42,125 nt of DNA from Basidiobolus meristosporus CBS 931.73 (lineage: Eukaryota > Fungi > Basidiobolomycota), in NCBI GenBank assembly GCA_002104905.1, contig MCFE01000722.1:1-42125 (forward strand). The letters run 5' to 3'. The translations under genes and the position numbers were made by a program. The notes under the pieces are model-generated. The model was given only the letters and a program-made list of their open reading frames with translations. It did no database searches and was not told the DNA's origin. Every line of letters begins with the position of its first letter. Positions within the stretch are counted from its first letter, which is position 1. Below are positions 11,166 through 20,366 of this stretch, in pieces.

Positions 11166-12488
11166 TTAGAGTCGGATCTCGATACGCGGAAGGCATACCA
11201 CTGCTCGAACTCGAATGCCTAGGGCGTTCACGCGGGCGCGGATCCCGTTGCACATACGAGAGTCGACTTGGTTGTTGGTGATAGGACGGGACGCCTCGTT
11301 TCCACTGAGACAGACGAAAGCATTGGCACGAATCCCAGATGCCACCAAACGGGCAGTGACGTCGGGACAGGTGGATGAGGACCCATTGCCAAGCCCATTG
11401 CCGAATCGATTCCCGGGTTGATTGTTGCCCCCGCTTAGGCACACGTCGGCGTTGATTTGGATGCCCAGGACGTTCGCGTCGGCAACGATGTCGGGGCACC
11501 GGTTGCCGCCTCGCAACCTTGGAATGAACTGACGCTCATTTCCTCCGTTGAGGCAGATGTCGAGATCCGCCCTGATGCCAAGAAGGTTCAGTCTGGCCAC
11601 GATGCCACGACAGGCATCGTCCCTGGGACCACGGCTGGATTGGTTGCGGCCACGGTTGTTTCCACTCAGGCAAACATCAGCATTGACTTGGATGCCCAGG
11701 ATATTTGCGTCGGCGACAATGTCTGGGCAGCTGGTTCCACCTGAGAGCGGACGGTCTCTACCACGACGGGCTCCGCCACCGAGACAGACATTTGCGTTCA
11801 CTTGAATACCGAGAAGGTTCAATCTGGCGACCACATCGGAGCAGGAACGATCCCTGTTACCGCCACGATTACGAACACTGCCATTCCCATTGCCGTTGCC
11901 GTTGCCGTTGCCATTTCTATTCCCATTCCCACCCAGGCAGATACTCGCGTCCAACTGAATCCCAAGCAGGTTGGCCTCGGCCACGATATCCGGACAGGTC
12001 TGACCCGCGTTGCGTCCCCTGCCTCTACCTAGGATCTCATCGACCTCGTTACCGATCCCTCTTCTACCGCCACCATTCAAGCATATGTTGGCATCGACCT
12101 TGATCCCCAATGCATTCAGCCTAGCCACTATATCATTGCAAGCGCCATTTCCGCGGCCTCTCCCTCTTCCGCCGCCACGACCGCCACCGTCACGGGGATT
12201 GCCACCAAGGCAAAGGTTGGCGTTCACGTTGATCCCTAGAAGGTTGGCATCGACGACCACGTCAGGGCACTCCATGTCCCTAGGACTGCGACCCCTACGG
12301 CCATTCCCCTCTTTTCCGATGCATACCGCGGCGTCGATGCTGGCCCCGAAAACGTTGAGCCGGGCCACGATCCCTTGGCAGTACTCACTGCCATAGCCGG
12401 ATTTAAAGTGGGAAGGGGCGGCAATGGTGCCGGACAAGAATGACAGCCCGGATATGAGAAGTAGGGTGTGTGTGGAAAACTGCACCAT
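11166..12488 (-). CDS. Secreted protein with 10 Cys-bracketed modules and Arg/Gly/Asn-rich linkers (paralog C, 440 aa)
   Basis: Signal-peptide-like N-terminus (MVQFSTHTLLLISGLSFLSGTIA), the same module consensus and the same C-terminal LPRI(E/Q)IR(L/I) tail. TATAAA on the minus strand near 12555. Confidence 0.9.
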   Translation of the reverse strand: MVQFSTHTLLLISGLSFLSGTIAAPSHFKSGYGSEYCQGIVARLNVFGASIDAAVCIGKEGNGRRGRSPRDMECPDVVVDANLLGINVNANLCLGGNPRDGGGRGGGRGRGRGNGACNDIVARLNALGIKVDANICLNGGGRRGIGNEVDEILGRGRGRNAGQTCPDIVAEANLLGIQLDASICLGGNGNRNGNGNGNGNGNGSVRNRGGNRDRSCSDVVARLNLLGIQVNANVCLGGGARRGRDRPLSGGTSCPDIVADANILGIQVNADVCLSGNNRGRNQSSRGPRDDACRGIVARLNLLGIRADLDICLNGGNERQFIPRLRGGNRCPDIVADANVLGIQINADVCLSGGNNQPGNRFGNGLGNGSSSTCPDVTARLVASGIRANAFVCLSGNEASRPITNNQVDSRMCNGIRARVNALGIRVRAVVCLPRIEIRL

Positions 12489-13438
12489 ATTGTAAGAGCT
12501 TGCTTTTGTGTAAGCTTGAGTATACTGAGGATGGGGTTGAGCCGGAGCCTATTTATACACCGCCAGCATGGTATGGTGAGCAAGGCGGGTGTGGGCGTGG
12601 GCGTGGGCGTGAGTATACCTGGGATGGAGATGGAGACGGTCGACCAGAAGCTAGCTAATGCAACGTAGCCAATATGATCGCTGTGCAGGGCAACAGCAAC
12701 CCGAGGATGTCCACGATCTTGTGGTTTTCACCCCATCCGATGCATCCGCCAAAGAGGCAGGCGAATCGATTTGGCCTCAGAGTGGAATGGATATCTCGTC
12801 AGATCACGCTACATCTGTTTGGCCAACGAGGTGCAACACGTTGTATGTCTGCGCACGGCATCGGCGGCGGTGGTGGTGTGTGGTGGTGGTGTGCCAACGT
12901 GAATGCAGTCTCAAGAGAGCAATGCGCTCACCTCACAGCCAATTCATGGCATTTGTCGGGAGTGGAGTGAGTTAGATCAGCATCCTAGCTAGCATGGCTC
13001 AGGTAGGGGAGTGCATAATTATACAGGGTTCAATGGCGCGTTACTACCAATTTCCCATCCCTTATCTCCGAGACAGCTGACCAAGCTGGTGAAACTGATC
13101 GAAAATTTTTCACCATCGGTGTGCGTGTCCCGCCCAGCATCGATTTGTCGTGGGAAAAAATGGTGTCGTCGCGGATGGCCCATGGCTCATGGCAACCCTA
13201 CCCCACTTCCGATTCCCTTATGTTGCGGAGTGGAGATCCCGTGACATCCCAATTGGATGCTGTCGAACCTTTCGAGCCAACCCTAACCTCCAGCCTGCAC
13301 GACCACTGCGTGTATTCACCTTTCCCTACCCCACACCTGCGCTGGTGGGACCCTCGATACCTGCACCGTTCCAAGACCTAACTTCACCTTAGCACGCGCC
13401 CTTCATTGTACATTTCCCCTCACCAAGCATCACACAGT

Positions 13439-14677
13439 ATGGTTTACCTCAGCGCCCCCGTCCCACAAGTGAGCCCAAGCCAATTCCCTTCACCACAACT
13501 CCTTTCCAACCCCCTAGCCAGCCCAACCAAACCCGCCACCGGCAGGCGGGAGAAGAAGAGCCTCGATTACGTGGTGCGAACGTTCCTGGCCGGGGGGATC
13601 GCCGGTTGCGCTGGTACGTAGCGCTGGGACGACACTGCACCCACCGAGATTTACTCAACCCGGTTTATTTTAGCAAAGACGGTGGTGGCCCCGATGGACC
13701 GAGTGAAGATCCTGTTCCAGTCCAGTAACCCACACTTCGTAAAATACACTGGTATTCGCGTTTCCCCAACCTACTGGCGCTCCTTGTTGCTAACGTTTCG
13801 TCGGGAACCTTAGGCACGTTTTGGGGGGTCCTGTTCGCCGGCAGAGAGATCTACCAGAGCACCGGCGTGCGCGGACTGTTTCAAGGGCATATGGCCACCC
13901 TGCTAAGGATCTTTCCTTACGCGGCCATCAAATTCGTCGCTTACGAGCAGTTCAAAAATGTAGGCCCTCGTACCCGGGACCATCGACTATCCCGTGAATG
14001 CTCACCCTCCATTGAATCTATAGATACTCGTCCACTCGAAGGCAGCCGACACCCCAGGGAAGAATTTCGTCGCCGGATCCCTGGCCGGCCTGTCGTCCGT
14101 ATTCTGCACATACCCACTCGAGTTGATCCGGGTCCGCATGGCTTACGAGGTCACCCATAGCGGAAAAGGGCCTGGGGTTTACGACACCTTTCGCGGCATT
14201 CTTCGGGAAGGATCGACTGGCGATGCGCCCCGAATCCGGCTGGGAAATCTGTATCGTGGATTCGCCCTCACAGTCCTGGGGGTCATTCCTTACGCTGGGG
14301 TCTCCTTCTGGACTCATTCGTTTGTTCAGGACTGGATTCGGGCCCATTTTCCGCACCAGATTCTTCCCACCGACGATCCCCATAGCAAACCTCGTCTGAA
14401 GGCTATCCCCGAGCTGATCAGCGGTGGCATCGCAGGCGCGGTGGCCCAAACCGTCTCCTACCCAATCGAGGTCACGAGAAGAAGAGTGCAAGTCCGAGGG
14501 GCGATTAGCCCTGAGAACAACAAGATCAAAATGAAGGAGGTGGTCAAGCAGATCTATCGCAACAAAGGCATCACCGGGTTCTTTGTCGGGCTGAGCATCG
14601 GATACTTGAAAGTTGCCCCGTTGGGAGCCGTCTCCTTCTATACATATGAGAGAATGAAATGGGTTCTGGATGTTTGA
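13439..14677 (+). CDS. LEU5: Mitochondrial carrier, CoA transporter (Leu5/SLC25A16 type); 4 exons approx. 13439-13613, 13674-13751, 13814-13958, 14024-14677
   Basis: The spliced product has three carrier signatures (VAPMDRVKILFQ, TYPLELIRVRM, SYPIEVTRRRVQ), plus GLFQGHMATLLRIFPYAAIKFVAYEQ and FFVGLSIGYLKVAP, typical of Leu5-like carriers. The GT..AG introns restore the frame. Confidence 0.85.
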
Positions 14678-15028
14678 TGGTCTCTAGATTTGTAAGCCCC
14701 CCTCCCTATCTTCCTCCCCTCCTCACTCTGGTGATGTCGCATGTCCACCTCTCTTGTCGGAACTGTTTGCCTAAATAATGACAAGAGAAGGGGAGACTGC
14801 TCCTACCGGCGTGAACATCTTCTTGGAAGCATAAACATCAAGTTTTATGAAAGGCAATCTTATGGATTCGGCCCCTAGGGTAACTAACCAGAATAAACCA
14901 TTCCAATTCCGAGATCTCCCCTGAACCAGATCAGCATAAACGTAATATTAATGCATGCAGCTGCAGAAGGTTGTTTATTAGGAACTCAGTCTAACAATGC
15001 CCCGTCATCACCCATCTATCCTAAAGTT

Positions 15029-16315
15029 CTAGTAAGCACCACTCTTGTGGGTCCGGCTTCGGCGTCTGTTGTGATGGCTGCTACCAGCCCCGAGCTTTTC
15101 CAGTAAGGCTTCCAGGCCACTAAGCTTGCTGCCCAACAATCCCGAGACACGGCTCAGTCCGGCTAGGATTCTACGGTTTCGACGGATACTGGCGCCGGAT
15201 AGTCGGAGATTCCCTCCAACGCCGCTGAGGCGTCTATTCAGAAGGGCAATCACTCTGGCAATGCGACGGAATGATCGGCTGGTGATATTGGTAACGTTGG
15301 TAACCTGATCGCCTCGGCCTCTACCTCCGCCTCCACCACCTCCATTACCGCCATTTCCTCCATCACCTCCGTTGCCGCCATTTCCTCCGCTGCCTCCATT
15401 ACCTCCATTGCCACCGCTGCCTCCATTACCACCGCTACCTCCATTTCCACCACCGCCACCGTTACCTCCATCACCGCCATCGCCTCCATCTCCACCGTCA
15501 CCACCATCACCACCGCTTCCTCCATTGCCACCACCACCTCCTCCTCGGCCGCCACCTAAACCGCCTCTTCCTCTAAGGCCACCTAAGCCGACTGTCCCCA
15601 AGTCGTAGCCGTTAATGATGATGTTCGTCAAACCACCAGCACCAGCATGTCCATTACCAATACCACCAACACCACCACCGCCACCGCCACTGCCACTGCC
15701 ACCATTACCATTACCATTACCACCGCCATTTCCGTTGCCTCCAGAGCCGCCATTGCCACCGTTTCCGCCATTGCCACCGTTGCCGCCAGAGCCGGAACCG
15801 TTTCCGCCGCCTCCGTTACCACCGTTACCGCCGTTGCCACCATCACCGCCATCGCCGCCGTTACCGGAACCGCCGTTGCCACCAGATCCACCATTTCCGC
15901 CGCTGCCACCGTTTCCGCCGTTTCCATTACCATTGCCACCACCGCCTCCGCCATTTCCGCCGTTCCCTCCATTTCCTCCATTGCCTCCGTTTCCTCCACC
16001 ACCGCCGCTACCACCGTTCCCGCCGTTACCACCATCACCGCCATTTCCACCGCTACCACCGTTGCCCGAGCCAGAGCCGCCGCCGCCGCTGCTGCCGCCA
16101 CCCCAGAAATCGAAGTCGTCGTAACCACCATCGCCGCCGCCACCGCCACCACCGATACCGTCCAAGCCGTTCAGGATCTCCTCGATCTCCACATCGTTGA
16201 AGTTGGAGACAGAAGAACCTTTGTTACCATAACCGGGCTCGGCGGACACCAGGTGGCTCGAGAGAAGGGAGGTGCTTAGGAGAGCGAGCGAGAGGAGGGC
16301 GCGGGAGAGATGCAT
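15029..16315 (-). CDS. Secreted glycine-rich block protein (428 aa) with GGN/GGD repeats and a cationic C-terminal domain
   Basis: The ATG at 16315 opens a signal-peptide-like segment (MHLSRALLSLALLSTSLLSSHLVSA). TATAAA lies on the minus strand near 16507, so the upstream extension in the ORF track is probably not coding. Intronless. Confidence 0.8.
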   Translation of the reverse strand: MHLSRALLSLALLSTSLLSSHLVSAEPGYGNKGSSVSNFNDVEIEEILNGLDGIGGGGGGGDGGYDDFDFWGGGSSGGGGSGSGNGGSGGNGGDGGNGGNGGSGGGGGNGGNGGNGGNGGNGGGGGGNGNGNGGNGGSGGNGGSGGNGGSGNGGDGGDGGNGGNGGNGGGGNGSGSGGNGGNGGNGGNGGSGGNGNGGGNGNGNGGSGSGGGGGGVGGIGNGHAGAGGLTNIIINGYDLGTVGLGGLRGRGGLGGGRGGGGGGNGGSGGDGGDGGDGGDGGDGGNGGGGGNGGSGGNGGSGGNGGNGGSGGNGGNGGDGGNGGNGGGGGGGRGRGDQVTNVTNITSRSFRRIARVIALLNRRLSGVGGNLRLSGASIRRNRRILAGLSRVSGLLGSKLSGLEALLEKLGAGSSHHNRRRSRTHKSGAY

Positions 16316-17135
16316 GCTGTTGGAAGTGTGAGTGCGGATGCGGATGCGGATGCGGTTGAGAGATGAGTTGGCTCGATTGGTATTTCCCGAGGAGGATCGC
16401 GCGATTGGGAGTTTGCGTTGGTGAGTTGTGTGGACGTGGCACCGAGAGGGGAAGAGGTCGCCGGAGGTGGAAAGGGTAGTGGGCATTGGACGGGAGGGGA
16501 GGGTTTTATAGGTTGGGAGGGGGCGATCTTTGTGACGGGTTGTTTGAGAACTCACATCACCGGAGGGGGTGCGTGTGGGAGGTGGGTGGCTGGTTATGGC
16601 GAATGTGAATGTGAATGTGATTGCGAAGGCGGTAATGGTGGTAATCGTGGCAATGGTGGTAATGACGATTTGTTGATGCCGATGTCGATGCTGATACTCA
16701 TGCTGATCATCTGTAGATGCCAAGCGCTTGAATCAGCTGTTTGGAAGGCTGACAGCATGTCTGGATGTCGCCCATTGGCCATGACGGGTGGGTTTCGCTT
16801 ACCCTGATGATCACTTCAGGATTGTTTCAACCTGAGGGCGGTGAAACATCGGTTGGGTTGGAGTGTCAACATAGTAACCCATCGGAGCCAGACCCGCTTG
16901 CATCGGTTGTGCATGAGTGTTTCAACAGATGTTGCTATCCACATCACCAGACGGCCCAGCACATACCAGCCACGGCCTGCAGCACGCATACCACACCCAC
17001 CAAGAGAAAGAGAGCCCGTCGGCCAGGAATGCGAAGCATGTAATGGTGGTTGTTTACTTTAATAAGAATTTTCAAGGAAACACTGGGTGATGGGAAGATT
17101 GAGTGATGTAGGGTGGGGCAGAGTAGGGTAGGGAT

Positions 17136-18555
17136 TTACCAAGAGGTGTGGTACTCCTTGGCGTTGTCGCCAGGCTTGGAACCATCGGGTGGGATGACGT
17201 CGAAGAGGGATGGGTTTCTGTACACGCGTACGAAGGATAGGATGGTGTCTTCAAGGGTGCGAGGGATGATGCCAAGATCGTCGAATGTCTCCCCTTCGCC
17301 GGAGGGAAGGTTGTCGAGATGGGCCCGGACAACCTCATCGGGGGAAAGGTACAGGGGCCAGGGGGCGTAGTCCAGGACCTTGGCCAAGATGCTGGCGATG
17401 GGCTTGGGCACGTTGACGGTCTTGACGGATTCCTTCAACTGGTCGGACACCTGTTGAACGATCTCCGAGTACTTGTACTCCTTGGGTCCGTATAGCTCGT
17501 AGGTCTTGCCGATGGTGCTCTCGTCGTACTCCATCTGGTTCAACGCTTTGGCGACGTCGTTGACCAGCACGGGACGAAGACGCTTCTCTCCGTGGCGGTA
17601 GGTGGGCAGCATCTTTTTGAAGTAGCCGATATCGCTCAGCAGCTTGTCCTCGTGTCCGAACACCTGGGCGGGACGCACGATGGTGGCCTCGGGGAACTCT
17701 TGACGAACGACCTTTTCTCCCTCGGCTTTAGTACGAAGGAATCTGGAGGGGGAGTTCTCGCTGGCTCCCATGGCGGACACCTGGATGAATCTGGACACTC
17801 CGTGCTCGCGTGCGGTCTTGGCAAGTACGTAGGGGGTGGCGATGTTCAGATCCTCGTATTTGAAGTTCTTGGTCTCGTAGTCCTTGCCAATAAGGTTATA
17901 CACGACGTCGGAGTGACGGATGCACTCGGCGATCTTCTTTTCATCGCGCAAGTCGAACTCCAATGGAACGATGGCTCCCAGGTCGCCCATGGGCTTCAAG
18001 AAGCGCTTGGTATCTTCATCACGGTAGGGAACGATCACCTGGGTACCTCTCTGACCTGCACAACTGGGTTACACTCCAATCCACTCACTTCAACACGGGT
18101 TCGCCTGGGACTTACCTAGCTGGTTGACCAAGTACCGGCCCAAGAAACCGCTGCATCCGAAGACGGTGACAACGCGGCCAGAGGCGGAGCTTCTACCGCC
18201 AGGACCGGCTCTAACGTAGGAGTTGCCAGTGGACTCTCTGACAACCACATCCGAGGAGTATCTCTAGAATGGAGAGGAGTTGAATGAGAGCATGTTCTAG
18301 TAAGGTCGAGCGAAACTCGTCAGTCGTGGGTTCGTCGAGGGGAAGCCTAACTTACCTTCTGTCCGCAGAAGGCAGCGCTCCTCAAGCTGTGTTCCAATGT
18401 GGACTTGGCGAGGTCTAGACGGGGGGAAAGGTAAGTGGATGGCAGGAAACGGGGACAAGTGGTTTGGCAGAGGGTGGGGGTGCACCAGAACAGGAACAAA
18501 CGAAACAGGTATACGTACGTCCTCGCAAGGTATTGAAAGTGGAAATCGCGCTCAT
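17136..18555 (-). CDS. NDUFA9: NADH:ubiquinone oxidoreductase 39/40 kDa subunit (SDR-like complex I accessory subunit); 4 exons
   Basis: Spliced model [39 protein letters not shown]...[43 protein letters not shown]...[16 protein letters not shown]. The GGRSS..TVFG..GFLGRY motif is characteristic. Confidence 0.95.
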
Positions 18556-19116
18556 GGTTAGGCTCGACAAAATAGGTTGCGAAGAGGGGACAGTCTGAAC
18601 ACTTTACAAAGGCGATAATAATAGATGATTAGTGGGGCTCCAACTTTTGAGAATACAGTATGGCGATTCCCAAAAGATTCCCAAAAAATTGCCGGATCCA
18701 ACCCAATTTCTGTGCTAGTTGGGGAGTGCAAGGACAGGGGTAGCTCCACTCCGCACCGATTCCGCGTGCTGCTGCTATTAGTTGGAGATCTGTGGTGCTG
18801 ACCATCCAACCACCCCAGCATTTTCCGAACGGACCTGGTTTGCATTAGGCCTGGAATAAACCAGCATGCTCCCAATGTTGTTTAACATGTGGTGATGCGA
18901 TGATGTCGCTCGTGAAAGGAAAATTCCTCTGTTGCGTTCGAGGTTTGTAGAGTGCGTATTATGCTGGTTTCGGTAGTTTTGAGGTGTAGAAATGGTTCCA
19001 GACTGATTCTTTTGCTATCCCTGCCCCAACTTTTCCTGTAGGCCGTCTATTTCTTGACTTCCCGGGCCGCTCCTTTCTTAGTAGTAGTCTCTTCTATTCT
19101 CCTGAACTTTCGAAAC

Positions 19117-20228
19117 ATGTATGCCCTACGTAGTTTTGCTCTCTCCAAGAGCCCCCTCTATAGAAGTGTGGGCCAGGTGGCTAACAGGGCCTGGTTTTCC
19201 AGCGCCAGTCTGTTGCGTAATGCCAACCCTCCGACCCCAACTCCAACTCCCGCTCCTCAAGCCAGTGAGGAAAAGGGTGCCCAAACGCATTTTGGCTTCA
19301 AAGACGTCCCAGTCGCCGAGAAGGAATCCCTGGGTTAGTACAGAAACTTCGTAGTATTGTCCAGTTCAAGGACTCATTGTTTTACCGCGTTTAGTTGGAA
19401 AGGTGTTCGCTAACGTAGCCTCGAAGTACGATATCATGAACGACGCTATGAGCGCCGGTATTCATAGAGTATGGAAGGCCCACTTCATTGAGCAGATGGC
19501 CCCCGCCGCAGGCACGAAGCTACTCGACGTGGCCGGTGGAACAGGTAGGCTTGGCTAAGCTTCTATCCAGCCCTTTGCCCAAGATACCAACATCAGGCCC
19601 TGCTTTCCTATAGGGGACATTGCGCTCCGTTTTCTCGATTACTGCCGCGATCACCACAAGGACTATACCGCACATGTCACCGTGCTCGACATCAACCCGG
19701 AGATGTTGAAGTATGGACGCCAGCGATTTGGCATGACCAACTACTTCAATAGTACGTAGTGGTCCATCCTCCCGCTCATTCACTCACCTAACGTTCTTCT
19801 TAGCCCCACAAGTGAAGTTTGTCGAGAGCAACGCCGAGGACCTCTCCTCCATCCCAGATAACACCTACGATGTGTACACCATCGCTTTCGGTATTCGCAA
19901 CTGCACCCATGTCGACCAGGTCTTAAAGGAAGCCCACAGAGTGCTCAAGCCAGGCGGTCGTTTCATGTGCTTGGAGTTCGGTAAAGTGGAGAACCCACTG
20001 CTTGCTAAAGCATACGACCTATACTCATTCGAGGTGATCCCCCGCATGGGAGAGGTCATCGCGAATGACAAGGAGTCCTACCAATACTTGGTAGAGAGCA
20101 TTCGCAAATTCCCTGATCAAGACACCTTCGCCAAGATGATCAAGGATGCAGGGTTCGCTACGTTCGGCAAGGGCTACGAGAACCTTACCTTTGGTGTGGC
20201 TGCCATTCATACCGGAATCAAGTACTAG
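19117..20228 (+). CDS. COQ5: Ubiquinone-biosynthesis C-methyltransferase Coq5, multi-exon, with a mitochondrial presequence-like N-terminus
   Basis: [11 protein letters not shown], a spliced [59 protein letters not shown] and [14 protein letters not shown] are all present. Confidence 0.96.
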
Positions 20229-20366
20229 CCACGCCGGATAGATTTCCTCGCCAAATAAACACGCCATTTCTATCCTTGCGCGTATGAGTAGATGTAGTAT
20301 AGTGCGTCCGGTCACTCGGACGAGGTTGCGTGGTAGAAATGAACACTTTTATTTACAGAAATTGGA

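Noticed and set aside
5210-12488. Calling the Cys-repeat proteins hydrophobins or collagens
   Set aside because: There is no 8-Cys pattern with CC doublets and no sustained Gly-X-Y periodicity.
13277-13287. CCAACCCTAAC resembling a telomerase RNA template
   Set aside because: A 9-10-nt match is expected by chance in 42 kb (a similar one occurs in the LTR near 3433), and no pseudoknot or other TER feature could be recognised.
16316-16723. 136-aa N-terminal extension of the Gly-rich ORF; likewise 29809-29925 ahead of the trefoil gene and 33123-33149 ahead of catalase
   Set aside because: These are microsatellite-like or non-conserved translations upstream of a better ATG. For the first two that ATG opens a signal peptide, and for the Gly-rich gene a TATA box lies inside the extension.
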